Shown here: one piece after another, positions 18,001-27,119 of the stretch
Numbering within the stretch: the stretch's first letter is position 1
Layout: every line of letters begins with the position of its first letter
Source: Candidatus Coproplasma excrementigallinarum
Lineage (GTDB): Bacteria > Bacillota > Clostridia > Christensenellales > Borkfalkiaceae
DNA length: 64,000 nt
Assembly (NCBI GenBank): GCA_018714625.1
Contig: DVNE01000009.1
Location: 16,840-80,839 of the forward strand
Direction of reading: 5' to 3'
Position numbers and translations under genes: made by a program
The notes under the pieces: model-generated
What the model saw: only the letters and a program-made list of their open reading frames with translations
Databases searched by the model: none
What the model was told of the DNA's origin: nothing

Positions 18001-18947
18001 AGGTTGAGTTCATAAGCTACGATAAGTTGCCCCATCTTATGATAAACGAGATAATTTTTGAAGTGGACAAGGCAATTAAGGCGCTCAACTGGGCAATAAA
18101 AGAGATGGAGCGCCGCTATACTCTGTTCAAAGACATGGCCGATACGGGCGCAAACGCCAAGGGCGGCATAAAGGTTGCCACCAAGGAGATTGACGAATAC
18201 AACAGGCACATAGAGGAGGGGGTAGAAAAACTGCCCAAGATACTCATAGTGCTCGACGAGTTCGGCGACCTGATGCTCCAGGCCAAGAAGGATATAGAGA
18301 GCAGAATAATCAAGCTTGCCGCCAAGGGACGTGCCGCGGGCATACACCTCATACTTGCCACGCAGAGACCTTCCGTAGACTGCATTACCGGCCTTATCAA
18401 GTCCAACCTCGATGCGCGCATAGGCTTCAAAGTCGGCTCTTTCGACGATTCGCGCACCATATTCGACGTAGGCGGCGCAGAAAAACTGCTCGGCAGGGGC
18501 GATATGTATTTCCGCTCCAAGGAATATTCCGAGGGCAAGATGCAGCGTATTCAGGGCTGTTTTGTAGATACGCCCGAAGTTCAGCGCGTGACCGACTTTA
18601 TCAAGGAACACAACGAAACTTATTTCGACCAGAGCGTCTCCGACTTCATAAATACGGTTGAAGAGCCCGAGCAGGCCTCGAGTATAACCGAGGGCACGGA
18701 GATGGAGGATCCCGGCGGAAAGATAGACGATACCTACATAAGGGCGCTCAAATACTGCGTAATGTCCAACGCGGCGTCAGTTTCAATGATTCAGCGCCGT
18801 TTCCCCATAGGCTATATGAAGGCCTGCAAGATTATAGACTGGATGGAGAATATGAATTACATAACCAAATCCGAAGGCTCAAAGGCCAGGAAAGTGCTGC
18901 TTTCCCAGGAAGAGTTCATAAATACCTACGGTGACATAGATGACTGA
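15048..18947 (+). CDS. ftsK: DNA translocase FtsK/SpoIIIE with a low-complexity linker of about 610 aa
   Basis: Four N-terminal TM helices, a long disordered linker, a motor domain with Walker A GTSGSGKS and Walker B ILIVLDEF, and a C-terminal gamma wHTH (SVSMIQRRFPIGYMKACKIIDWME). Confidence 0.95.
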   Translation: MKNKNSGNGQSLIFTRETFGMTILLFCAIVTLALFSGSTIFAGFGSAICTFMYGTFGYGCFLVMALVAYLGVWLVAEKKIRVKVRPAIILALTVYALFLLFHAVSTRDFAVDGSYISKCYLVAAEGFPSYTFGGVISALLVYPVTLVTTFVGSYIIFSILAVLGGYFTVTAFLKAYGKGRAVAATRTEKVISDGAAEEHTAAKTPAQPVQQQYAQPQEYSQPAQEQYVQPQYQPYAQDEAAYSSYNYSSSEPEQQAAAHGDLSDSDYARSVLYGNKQNGSQQYFTAQHVQSQPAEDNKFSPEKLGKKIIFDRDEFAAESYRRNGIFDENSYFNHPIRNDGDYLRSFSDGKKKSGASVEPVTYTDAYQQSVQAQPSPSHSDMLYGDSPATKFYEDGTQQAKSDFTSAPTSSSYEAPAAQTEQTSKYAQDDEIDFGAPETEFGEQPDYSSDDSSANQAAASGTDTPEYMKPPEPLSGRRADYSSPYSEHQTSSELSGANDLSRGEIVRGAESRRLDDTLFSSSRGEQPVQQPNSENGEDLSRNLTRRGEDGGADLTRRNDFSSADFSRREDTDISRRDVSDRGGISGSELFGGQSLRRSESDMGVSRMQNTSRQSDDFSRRDDMLRGQEQDNSSDLSGINGDASRIQNTSGSSDDFSRRGDDILRREETDTPSDGVRRAGFSGTSQDFGAPSGRDGARNDISSLFSSSNSRLGESRIEPDLSRLSSRGGRSNSDLFDDDNVQPDSTPSADTEKLNDVPPVRREPVAPAATSQPAAKAEEQASAPAPTEEKKPPHVWKKYVRPSLDLLEDYPEHNNADTAEIEENKRVIVETLESFKIECEISDVIVAPALTRYDVTIFDRTNIKPALLKYKDTIAMALKRDNVNAYLNFSKGALSIEVPNAKRTTVGLKGMMLSPSFMNAKPNSLTFALGKNLDGDCICPDIRKMPHLLVAGTSGSGKSICLSSLLISLLYKYGPEDLRLILVDPKQVEFISYDKLPHLMINEIIFEVDKAIKALNWAIKEMERRYTLFKDMADTGANAKGGIKVATKEIDEYNRHIEEGVEKLPKILIVLDEFGDLMLQAKKDIESRIIKLAAKGRAAGIHLILATQRPSVDCITGLIKSNLDARIGFKVGSFDDSRTIFDVGGAEKLLGRGDMYFRSKEYSEGKMQRIQGCFVDTPEVQRVTDFIKEHNETYFDQSVSDFINTVEEPEQASSITEGTEMEDPGGKIDDTYIRALKYCVMSNAASVSMIQRRFPIGYMKACKIIDWMENMNYITKSEGSKARKVLLSQEEFINTYGDIDD
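16856..17050 (+). repeat. in-frame ~114-nt tandem duplication inside the ftsK linker
   Basis: TTCGCGCATGCAGAATACTTC...GACTTCTCGCGCAGGGATGAT (from 16856) matches TTCGCGCATTCAGAACACATC...GACTTCTCGCGCAGAGGGGACGAT (from 16970). These encode SRMQNTSRQSDDFSRRDD and SRIQNTSGSSDDFSRRGD. Confidence 0.8.
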
Positions 18948-20277
18948 TTTTACGGGCAAAAAGTTCGGACTGATTTCACTTGGGTGCGATAAAAACAGAG
19001 TGGACGCTGAAAAGCTTCTGGCTGAAATAAGCGCGCGCGGCTGTGAAATCACTAACGACATAAACAGCGCGCAGGTGCTGATAGTCAACACCTGCGCATT
19101 CCTCGAGGCCTCGCGCAAAGAGGCGATAGATACCATACTGGAGTGTGCTGAGTATAAAAAGAGCGGCGCGCTTGAAAAGCTCGTGGTCACCGGTTGTCTT
19201 CCGCAGAAGTTTATCGACGACATATTTGCCGAACTGACCGAGGCTGACGTGTTCCTCGGCACTTTCGATTATGATGTGTTCTTCGACGCGCTTGAAGAGG
19301 CGTATGAAAAGGGCAGGGCAAACTATGTCGGCAGGGGCAAAAACTGTTATACCTGCGGCAGAGTTGTCACTACGCCCGTGCACTACGCCTATCTCAAAAT
19401 AGCCGACGGCTGCAACAATAAATGCACCTATTGCCTTATTCCCAAAATACGCGGCAATTATTTCAGCTACCCCATAGAAAAACTCACGCAGGAGGCTGCG
19501 AAGCTGGGCGACGTAGCCGAACTTTTACTCGTCGCGCAGGATGTGACGAGATACGGCATCGACATCTACGGCGAAAAATCTCTTTGCAGGCTTTTAAAGT
19601 CCTTGTCCGCCCTTGAAAATGTGGGCAGCATAAGGCTTTTGTATTGCTACCCCGAAATGATTGACGACGAGCTCATAGCCGAGCTGCGCGATAATCCCAA
19701 GATTATAAAATATCTCGATATACCTCTTCAGCACAGTGAAGACAGAGTGCTTAAAATGATGAACAGACGCGGCACACGCTCTTCTTACCTCGCGCTCATA
19801 GAAAGGTTGAGGCGTGAAGTACCGGGCATTGTCATACGCTCTACATTCATATGCGGTTTCCCCACGGAGACAGAGGAAGAGAGCGCCGCTCTCGGCGAAT
19901 TTTTAAAGCAGGCTAAACCTGATAACTGCGGCTTTTTTGCCTATTCGAGGGAGGAGGGCACGCCCGCCTATAAAATAAAGGGGCAGATACCCGCCGCCGT
20001 CAAGAAGAAGCGCGTCAGGGCCATGTACGCCATCCAGCGCGAGGTATCGCTTAAAAGGATGCGCTCGTATATAGGCAAAACTCTGCGCGTGCTCTGCGAC
20101 GGCGTCGCGGACGACGAAAGCTGTTTTGTTGGCAGGGCATATTTCTCTGCACCTGATATAGACGGTGTTGTATATTTCAACGCCGCCTTTGCTGAGCAAG
20201 GCAAATATTACGATGTTTACATAGAAAAAGCCGACAGCTACAATCTGTTCGGCAGAACGGAGGACTACGAAGAGTGA
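18940..20277 (+). CDS. rimO: ribosomal protein S12 methylthiotransferase RimO
   Basis: N-terminal MTTase domain (LISLGCDKNRVDAE...NTCAF), radical-SAM CNNKCTYC and a C-terminal TRAM domain. RimO-like rather than MiaB-like N-terminus. It overlaps the ftsK stop by 8 nt. Confidence 0.88.
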   Translation: MTDFTGKKFGLISLGCDKNRVDAEKLLAEISARGCEITNDINSAQVLIVNTCAFLEASRKEAIDTILECAEYKKSGALEKLVVTGCLPQKFIDDIFAELTEADVFLGTFDYDVFFDALEEAYEKGRANYVGRGKNCYTCGRVVTTPVHYAYLKIADGCNNKCTYCLIPKIRGNYFSYPIEKLTQEAAKLGDVAELLLVAQDVTRYGIDIYGEKSLCRLLKSLSALENVGSIRLLYCYPEMIDDELIAELRDNPKIIKYLDIPLQHSEDRVLKMMNRRGTRSSYLALIERLRREVPGIVIRSTFICGFPTETEEESAALGEFLKQAKPDNCGFFAYSREEGTPAYKIKGQIPAAVKKKRVRAMYAIQREVSLKRMRSYIGKTLRVLCDGVADDESCFVGRAYFSAPDIDGVVYFNAAFAEQGKYYDVYIEKADSYNLFGRTEDYEE

Positions 20278-20390
20278 ACGGACAAAACGAGGAAGAGGTA
20301 AAGAAGTCTGGCGCAGAAGAGCAGGCTGAAGTGACGGGCGAAGAGCGCTTCAAGGACGATAAATTTTATCAATTTGCAAAAGGCAGGGGA

Positions 20391-21008
20391 ATGATGAACC
20401 TGCCAAACAAGCTTACTCTGAGCCGCGTGATTATGATACCTTTCTTCGTATTGTTTTTCTATGTCGGCTTTACGGCGCACTTTTTCGTTGCGCTTGCCGT
20501 GTTTGCCGTCGCCTCGCTCACCGACTTGTTCGACGGCAAAATAGCACGTAAATACGGCCTTGTGACCAATCTCGGCAAATTCCTCGACCCTATCGCCGAT
20601 AAGGTTCTCGTTGCGTCTGCATTCATTGTGTTGCTCACCGTTCCGCAGATTTTTATTCTGTTTGCGGGCGAATGGGCGCTGATTGCGGCAGGCTGCGGCG
20701 TAGCCGTCATCCTCGCGCGCGAGATAATAATCAGCGGTTTCCGTATGGTTGCCGCAGGCGAGAATTTAGTAATCGCGGCCGATAAATTCGGCAAATACAA
20801 AACTGTATTCCAGGATGCCTCTATCGTTGTGCTCCTTATCAGCGCGGGGCTCATTGAGCTTGCGTTGGAAAGCACTTCCGAGGCGCTTTATACAGCCGCT
20901 CAGACGGTAAATATTATCGGCCTTATACTCTTTGCCGTGGCAATAGTGCTGACGGTGCTTTCAGGCATCAACTATATAGTAAAAAATATTCAGGTACTCA
21001 AAAAGTAG
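20391..21008 (+). CDS. pgsA: CDP-diacylglycerol--glycerol-3-phosphate 3-phosphatidyltransferase
   Basis: CDP-alcohol phosphatidyltransferase motif DLFDGKIARKYGLVTNLGKFLDPIADK. The canonical N-terminus MMNLPNKLTLSRV is preceded by AGGGGA. The tracked ORF extends to GTG 20274, adding an acidic 39-aa extension that I consider less likely. Confidence 0.85.
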   Translation: MMNLPNKLTLSRVIMIPFFVLFFYVGFTAHFFVALAVFAVASLTDLFDGKIARKYGLVTNLGKFLDPIADKVLVASAFIVLLTVPQIFILFAGEWALIAAGCGVAVILAREIIISGFRMVAAGENLVIAADKFGKYKTVFQDASIVVLLISAGLIELALESTSEALYTAAQTVNIIGLILFAVAIVLTVLSGINYIVKNIQVLKK

Positions 21009-21018
21009 ACATTGTGCA

Positions 21019-22092
21019 ATGAAAAACTGCCTTGTTCTTTTAAAAAACAAAAAAATATTTTCCGATGTACCCGAGTACGAACAGTGCGTGCGCGCGTTCG
21101 CCTCTGACGGGCTGTATTTCGATAAAATAGCGGTGGGGGGCTACGATTGCTCCAAAGACATTGTCAACCAGCTTAAGGACTGCCGCGAAAATTATTCCAA
21201 TACCGTCATACTCTGTCCCCGCTCAATGGGCGACGGACTTAAGGAGTTTTTAGAGCCTCTTTACGGCTGTTCCTTCGATATGGCCTGGATGCTCGACAGC
21301 GGTGAGAGCACGGTATTTTTACAGTTTACCGATAGCCAGAACACCGCCGCGCTTTCACAGATATCGGCATTCATAAACAAAAAGAGCGGCAAAAAATTCG
21401 GCAAGTCGTACATTAAGGCGGTGGGCGCGCCCCGCGCCGAAATTTTGAAGGCGGCCGAAAAGGCTAAAAAAATCAACCCCTCGCTCGAGTGCAACATTTA
21501 CGAAACTTTCGGCGACTGCACGATAGAGATTGTCTATTCGGAGAGCGATTCAAAAATGATGGTGGACGAGGTGGTGCGCACATTTGCCACCGCGCTCGAA
21601 GAGTACATTTACGCGCTTGAAAATATTTCGCTTGCACAGCGGCTGTACCAGCTCCTCAAGTTGCGCAGAATGAAAATTGCCGTAGCCGAATCCTTCACGG
21701 GCGGCGGGGTAGGTCAGAAGCTTGTGGAAGTGCCGGGAATAAGCGAAGTCTATTACGAAGGGCTGAACACCTATTCCAACGAGTCAAAAATACGCCGTCT
21801 TGGCGTAGACGAAATGACCATCAAAACAACGGGCGCCGTGTCTGCCGAAACTGCCTGCCAGATGGCGGGAGGGCTTATTTCGCAGGGGCATTGCGACGTA
21901 TCTGTTGCCACTACGGGCATTGCAGGCCCCAAGTCCGACAATACTTCTAAACCTGTTGGCCTGTGCTACATTGCCGTAGGGCTCAAGGAGGGGGTATCGG
22001 TGTATCGCTACAACCTTACCGGCGGCAGGGAGAATGTAACCAAGACTGCCATAAATTACGCGCTGTTCCTTGTGTACAAGCGCATCAAATAA
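21019..22092 (+). CDS. cinA: CinA-like protein (C-terminal PncC-type nicotinamide-nucleotide amidase domain; divergent N-terminal domain)
   Basis: The C-terminal 150 aa (KIAVAESFTGGGVGQKL...ATTGIAGP) is a typical CinA/PncC domain. pgsA-cinA-recA synteny matches Bacillus. The N-terminal domain only weakly resembles the MoCF-binding domain. Confidence 0.7.
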   Translation: MKNCLVLLKNKKIFSDVPEYEQCVRAFASDGLYFDKIAVGGYDCSKDIVNQLKDCRENYSNTVILCPRSMGDGLKEFLEPLYGCSFDMAWMLDSGESTVFLQFTDSQNTAALSQISAFINKKSGKKFGKSYIKAVGAPRAEILKAAEKAKKINPSLECNIYETFGDCTIEIVYSESDSKMMVDEVVRTFATALEEYIYALENISLAQRLYQLLKLRRMKIAVAESFTGGGVGQKLVEVPGISEVYYEGLNTYSNESKIRRLGVDEMTIKTTGAVSAETACQMAGGLISQGHCDVSVATTGIAGPKSDNTSKPVGLCYIAVGLKEGVSVYRYNLTGGRENVTKTAINYALFLVYKRIK

Positions 22093-22122
22093 ACTAGTAA
22101 AAAACCTTTTCAGGAGAATATA

Positions 22123-23130
22123 ATGAACGAAGAAAAACTCAAAGCACTCAATTCTACCGTAGCCATGATAGAAAAGCAGTACGGCAAGGGCGCCATAATG
22201 AAGCTCGGTGACGCCTCGGTAAACACCGACCTCGAGGTCATACCCACGGGTTGCCTCTCGCTTGACCTTGCCCTCGGCGTCGGCGGCGTACCTCGCGGCA
22301 GGATTATGGAGATATACGGTCCCGAATCTTCAGGTAAAACGACGGTTGCCCTTCATATCATAGCCGAGGCGCAGAAACGCGGCGGCGTTGCGGCATTCAT
22401 AGACGCCGAACACGCCCTCGACGCGGTGTATGCAAAGAACCTCGGCGTGAATACCGACGAATTGTACATTTCGCAGCCCGACACTGGCGAGCAGGCGCTC
22501 GATATATGCGAATCGCTCGTCCGCTCAAGCGCTGTCGACGTCATAGTTGTTGACTCGGTAGCCGCTCTTACCCCCAAGGCTGAAATAGAGGGCGATATGG
22601 GTGATACACACGTCGGTCTGCTTGCAAGACTGATGTCGCAGGCGCTCAGAAAGCTCACGGCTATCACCGCACGCTCAAAGACGTGCGTAATATTCATAAA
22701 CCAGCTCCGCGAAAAGGTGGGAGTAATGTTCGGCAACCCCGAAACTACCCCCGGTGGCAAGGCGCTCAAGTACTTTGCGTCGCTGAGGCTGGATATACGC
22801 AAGGCCGATTCTCTGAAGGACGGCGAGGGCATCATAGGCAACAGAGCAAAGTGCAAAGTTGTAAAGAACAAGGTTGCGCCTCCCTTCCGTGTGGCTGAGT
22901 TTGATATAATCTATGGCAAGGGCATCTCGCAGGAAGGCTGCCTTATAGACCTCGGCGTAGAATTCGGCGTGCTCAAAAAGAGCGGCGCGTGGTTCAGCTA
23001 CAAGGACGACAAGGTTGCTCAGGGCAGAGAGAAGATGAGGGATTACCTCGTAAACAATCCCGACGTAAAGGCCGAAATAGAGGCCGCTATAAGGGAGGAA
23101 TATAAACTCATTCAGGAGAAGAAGGCGTGA
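22123..23130 (+). CDS. recA: recombinase RecA
   Basis: [23 protein letters not shown], Walker [10 protein letters not shown], the L1/L2 loop regions and [22 protein letters not shown]. Confidence 0.98.
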   Translation: MNEEKLKALNSTVAMIEKQYGKGAIMKLGDASVNTDLEVIPTGCLSLDLALGVGGVPRGRIMEIYGPESSGKTTVALHIIAEAQKRGGVAAFIDAEHALDAVYAKNLGVNTDELYISQPDTGEQALDICESLVRSSAVDVIVVDSVAALTPKAEIEGDMGDTHVGLLARLMSQALRKLTAITARSKTCVIFINQLREKVGVMFGNPETTPGGKALKYFASLRLDIRKADSLKDGEGIIGNRAKCKVVKNKVAPPFRVAEFDIIYGKGISQEGCLIDLGVEFGVLKKSGAWFSYKDDKVAQGREKMRDYLVNNPDVKAEIEAAIREEYKLIQEKKA

Positions 23131-25037
23131 ATCGCTTCGGCTTTTTCAGAGTATGTGCGGCCACCCCTGAAATAAAGGTTGCCGACGTATGGTATAACGC
23201 AAAAAATATAGCGGCTGCGGCAAAGGCGGCCGCCGAAAATGGCGCGCAGCTTGTAGTTTTTCCCGAGCTGTGCCTTACGGGCTACACTTGCGGAGATTTG
23301 TTCAATCAGCGCGCGCTCATAACGGCCTCGGACGAGGCTGTGTCTTACCTTGCCGAAAATCTGCCTCAGGGCGTTCTCGTGTTTGTAGGCGCGCCCGCGG
23401 AGGTCGGCGGCAGGCTTTATAACTGTGCCCTCGTCTTTAACGGCGGCAGACTTGTGGCGGCAGTCCCCAAGAGCTTCATTCCGAACTACGGCGAATTTTA
23501 CGAACGTCGCCACTTTTCTCCCGCAAGGGACGGCATGGCTTCGGCAAAAATTGCAGGTTACAGCGTGCCGTTCGGAACGGATATAATATTCAGCGACCAA
23601 AGTATGCCGCTGTTTACCGTCTCGGCGGAAATTTGCGAAGATTTGTGGATACCTATGTCTCCGTCCGTGCGTCACGCGCTTGCAGGTGCAAACATTATAG
23701 TCAACCTCTCATGCAGCGACGAAATTGCAGGCAAGGCAGAGTACAGGCGCAACCTTGTAAAGATGCAGTCGTCCAAACTGATGTGCGGATATATTTACTG
23801 CGATTCTGGCAACGGCGAAAGCACTACCGATATGGTGTTTGCAGGGCATAACCTGATATGCGAAAACGGTTCAGTGCTCAAAGAGAGCAAGCTCTTTGAA
23901 AACGGGCTGCTGTTCGCCGATATAGACGCAGATAAGCTTGACGGTGAGCGGAAGAGGTGCGCAAGCGCCTTTTACGGCAACGGCGACGTGGCTGAGCATC
24001 TTACCGTTCCCGTGACGGTAGATAAGTGCAACAGCCAGACGGAGCGTACTTTTGCGCAGTATCCGTTTGTTCCCAAAAGCGGCTCAAAGCTTGCGGAGCG
24101 CACCGAACTTATACTCGATTTGCAGACGATGGGGCTTGTAAAGCGCCTTGAACATACAGGCGCAAAGACGGCCGTCATAGGCATTTCGGGCGGTCTGGAT
24201 TCCGCGCTTGCCCTGCTCGTCACTCGCAGGGCGTTTGCAAAGCTGAATAAAGATTTCAAGGATATAATAGCCATAACAATGCCCGGCTTCGGCACTACGG
24301 GCAAAACTTTCAAAAGCTCGGTAGACCTTATCGAGACGGTTGGCGCCACATTCAGAAAGGTAGATATAACGGGCAGCGTTTTAAAGCACTTTGAAGATAT
24401 CGGTCACGATAAAGAAAAGCTCGACGTCACCTACGAGAACGCTCAGGCGCGTATGCGTACCCTTATACTCATGGACACCGCCAACAAGACTGGCGGCCTT
24501 GTGATAGGTACAGGCGATTTAAGCGAGCTTGCTCTCGGCTGGGCGACATATAACGGCGACCATATGTCTATGTATGCCGTAAATGCGGGAGTGCCTAAAA
24601 CGCTTGTAAAGCACCTTATAAGGTTTGAGGCCGAAAGGCTTGGCGGTAAGGCGCAGGCTACACTCGAGGCAATTCTTGCCACGGAAATAAGCCCTGAGCT
24701 TCTCCCGCCCGATAAGAACGGTCAGATAGCGCAGAAGACCGAGGATATAGTAGGTCCGTACGTTCTGCATGACTTTTTCCTCTATTATGCCGTGCGCTGG
24801 GGATTTTCGCCAGAAAAGGTGCGCTATATAGCACGCATTGCCTTTAAGGATACTTTTGACTGTGATGTCATAGACAAGTGGCTGAAAAACTTTTATAAAA
24901 GGTTCTTTGCCCAGCAGTTCAAGCGTTCTTGCCTTCCCGATGGCGTCAAGGTCGGCACGGTTACTCTTTCGCCGCGCGGCGACTGGCGCATGCCTTCGGA
25001 TGCAAGCGTTTCGCTGTGGCTGGACGAACTCGACTGA
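23127..25037 (+). CDS. nadE: glutamine-dependent NAD+ synthetase
   Basis: 636 aa. N-terminal carbon-nitrogen hydrolase domain ([10 protein letters not shown], catalytic-Cys region EICEDLW). C-terminal NAD synthetase PP-loop GISGGLDS. The GTG start overlaps the recA stop and is preceded by AGGAGAAG. Confidence 0.9.
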   Translation: MNRFGFFRVCAATPEIKVADVWYNAKNIAAAAKAAAENGAQLVVFPELCLTGYTCGDLFNQRALITASDEAVSYLAENLPQGVLVFVGAPAEVGGRLYNCALVFNGGRLVAAVPKSFIPNYGEFYERRHFSPARDGMASAKIAGYSVPFGTDIIFSDQSMPLFTVSAEICEDLWIPMSPSVRHALAGANIIVNLSCSDEIAGKAEYRRNLVKMQSSKLMCGYIYCDSGNGESTTDMVFAGHNLICENGSVLKESKLFENGLLFADIDADKLDGERKRCASAFYGNGDVAEHLTVPVTVDKCNSQTERTFAQYPFVPKSGSKLAERTELILDLQTMGLVKRLEHTGAKTAVIGISGGLDSALALLVTRRAFAKLNKDFKDIIAITMPGFGTTGKTFKSSVDLIETVGATFRKVDITGSVLKHFEDIGHDKEKLDVTYENAQARMRTLILMDTANKTGGLVIGTGDLSELALGWATYNGDHMSMYAVNAGVPKTLVKHLIRFEAERLGGKAQATLEAILATEISPELLPPDKNGQIAQKTEDIVGPYVLHDFFLYYAVRWGFSPEKVRYIARIAFKDTFDCDVIDKWLKNFYKRFFAQQFKRSCLPDGVKVGTVTLSPRGDWRMPSDASVSLWLDELD

Positions 25038-25044
25038 AAAAATC

Positions 25045-25068
25045 AAGGGCGGTTTTCCGCCCTTTTTT
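25045..25068 (+). terminator. rho-independent terminator after nadE
   Basis: AAGGGCGG / CCGCCCTT stem, TTTT loop, followed by TTTT. Confidence 0.85.
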
Positions 25069-25148
25069 GCGTCTGAAAGTTTTTTTATGCAATAATGTAA
25101 TTTACTTTAAAGTATTTTGAAGTATTTCAACAAAAAACCGCCTATACG

Positions 25149-25177
25149 TTGACTTTATTTGCGTTTTGTTGTAAAAT
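25149..25177 (+). promoter_or_regulatory. sigma-A-type promoter of rny (TTGACT-17-TAAAAT)
   Basis: Hexamers at 25149-25154 and 25172-25177. The implied leader to ATG 25272 is about 90 nt. Confidence 0.7.
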
Positions 25178-25271
25178 TAATAAGGATATAATACTGTGCG
25201 ACTTTGTACGGATAAATAAAGCGTGCTATTTCTCACGGCGTATATATTTACAAAATTATCAGGAGGCTTAC

Positions 25272-26888
25272 ATGTATTTACTCGGTATAAGCTCCCTGTT
25301 TCTTGCTACGGCTGCCGAAATCGGCCTTGGCGTAGCCTTCGGCGTGGCTGCTGTTGCAGCCGTAATAATTCTTGTGTTGTTTTTAATTCACAGGAACAAG
25401 GTCAGAAAAGCAAACGAAGAGCTTGGCGAAGCGTCCGAAAGGGCAAAAAAAATGGTTGCCGAAGCTCAGGCTGAATGCAAGGCACTTAAAAAAGAAGCCA
25501 TATTAGAGGCAAAGGAACAGGAACTTAAATTAAGAAACGACTTTGAACGCGAAAGCAAAGAGAAGAGGGCTGAGCTTACAAAACAGGAACAGCGCCTCAC
25601 CCAGAGGGAGGATAATCTCGATAAGAGGGAGGATTCGCTCACAAAGAAGTCAGACGCGCTCGAACAGCAGAAAAAAGAACTTGCCAATCGTGAGCAGGAG
25701 ATTAAAAAAACTCAGGATAAGGTCAATCACCAGCACGAGCTGATGGTTCAGGAACTCGAAAAGGTTGCGCAGCTCACCAAGGAAGAGGCAAAAACCCTCC
25801 TTTCAAACGAAATTCTCGACGAAACCCGCCACGACGTGGCACTCCAGGTCAGGAATATAGAGCAGACTGCAAAGGAAGAGGCTACAAACGAAGCCAAGAA
25901 GATTATCACCCTTGCAATCCAGCGCTGTGCGGCAGACCATACCTCTGAAACCACTGTATCCACCGTATCGCTCCCCAGCGACGATATGAAGGCGAGGATA
26001 ATAGGCAGGGAGGGCAGGAATATACGCGCCCTCGAAAATGCCACAGGCATAGAGTTTATAATCGACGATACTCCCGAAGTTGTCATTCTTTCGGGCTTTG
26101 ACCCCATAAGAAGGGAAGTCGCAAGGCTTTCGCTTGAAAAGCTCATTGCCGACGGCAGAATTCACCCCGCACGCATTGAGGAGACGGTTGAAAAGGTCAA
26201 GAAGGAACTTGACCAGGAGATAAAGCAGGCAGGCGAAAGCGCTATGTTTGAAGTCGGCATTTTCGGTCTGCACCCCGAGCTTATCAAGCTTATAGGCAGG
26301 CTCAAGTACAGAACGAGCTACGGCCAGAACGTATATCAGCACTCAATTGAGGTTGCTCTTCTGGCGGGACTTATGGCGCAGGAACTCGGGCTCGACGTTA
26401 ATTTTGCAAAGCGTGCAGGACTGTTGCACGATATAGGCAAGGCGGTCGACCACGAGCAGGAAGGTACCCACATAAGGTTGGGCGCAGACCTCGCAAAAAA
26501 ATATAAAGAGAATGCAAACATTGTAAACGCCATAGAGGCGCACCACGGCGACGTAGAGCCCAAAACGGTCGAGGCCGTACTCGTTGCCGCAGCCGATGCT
26601 ATTTCGGGCGCAAGGCCCGGCGCAAGAAGGGAGACGGGCACCAATTACGTAAAGCGTCTTGAAAAACTTGAAGAGATAGCTTCAAGCTTCCGCGGCGTGG
26701 ATAAGAGCTATGCCATTCAGGCGGGCAGAGAGGTGCGCGTAATGGTTAAACCTGACCAGATAGACGATGCTCAGGCGCTCTTCCTTGCAAAGGATATTGC
26801 CAAGAAGATTGAATCCGAGCTCGAATACCCCGGCCAGATAAAGGTAAACGTTATCCGCGAATTCAGAAGCGTGGAATACGCAAAGTAA
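25272..26888 (+). CDS. rny: ribonuclease Y
   Basis: N-terminal TM helix, a coiled-coil E/K-rich region, a KH domain ([13 protein letters not shown]) and an HD domain ([12 protein letters not shown]). AGGAGG at 25261-25266 precedes ATG 25272. The tracked ORF start at 25149 lies inside the predicted promoter. Confidence 0.95.
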   Translation: MYLLGISSLFLATAAEIGLGVAFGVAAVAAVIILVLFLIHRNKVRKANEELGEASERAKKMVAEAQAECKALKKEAILEAKEQELKLRNDFERESKEKRAELTKQEQRLTQREDNLDKREDSLTKKSDALEQQKKELANREQEIKKTQDKVNHQHELMVQELEKVAQLTKEEAKTLLSNEILDETRHDVALQVRNIEQTAKEEATNEAKKIITLAIQRCAADHTSETTVSTVSLPSDDMKARIIGREGRNIRALENATGIEFIIDDTPEVVILSGFDPIRREVARLSLEKLIADGRIHPARIEETVEKVKKELDQEIKQAGESAMFEVGIFGLHPELIKLIGRLKYRTSYGQNVYQHSIEVALLAGLMAQELGLDVNFAKRAGLLHDIGKAVDHEQEGTHIRLGADLAKKYKENANIVNAIEAHHGDVEPKTVEAVLVAAADAISGARPGARRETGTNYVKRLEKLEEIASSFRGVDKSYAIQAGREVRVMVKPDQIDDAQALFLAKDIAKKIESELEYPGQIKVNVIREFRSVEYAK

Positions 26889-26915
26889 GCAATAATTTTA
26901 TCTTCGGAATTAAAA

Positions 26916-26942
26916 GCAGAGGTTTTGTGCCTCTGCTTTTTT
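26916..26942 (+). terminator. rho-independent terminator after rny
   Basis: GCAGAGG / CCTCTGC stem, 7-nt loop, then TTTTTT. Confidence 0.85.
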
Positions 26943-27043
26943 AATGTAAAAACTATATTCGGGCGAGGCGGAAGGCGGGCAGAGGTTTTTTCTCTATACT
27001 TTAATGTAAAATTGCATTCCTGGAAGTTTATTGTTTAAGTTGA

Positions 27044-27076
27044 AAGCCCGACCGCGGCAGTGCCGCGGTCGGGCTT
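27044..27076 (-). terminator. long perfect hairpin downstream of the PadR-like gene (weak U-tract)
   Basis: AAGCCCGACCGCGGC-AGT-GCCGCGGTCGGGCTT, a 15-bp stem located 44 nt past the stop codon of the minus-strand gene. Confidence 0.6.
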
Positions 27077-27119
27077 AATATCATATATGAGAAAATATTC
27101 TGTAAATTCAACCTTTGAA

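Noticed and set aside
25149-25271. Several tracked ORFs carry N-terminal extensions: rny from 25149, argG from 31370, argF from 37968, mutS from 50820, miaA from 55596, murA from 4838, purB from 61685 and pgsA from 20274.
   Set aside because: The extensions run through promoters, hairpins, repeat spacers or the upstream gene, and they lack family similarity. Internal starts with good SDs reproduce the canonical N-termini.
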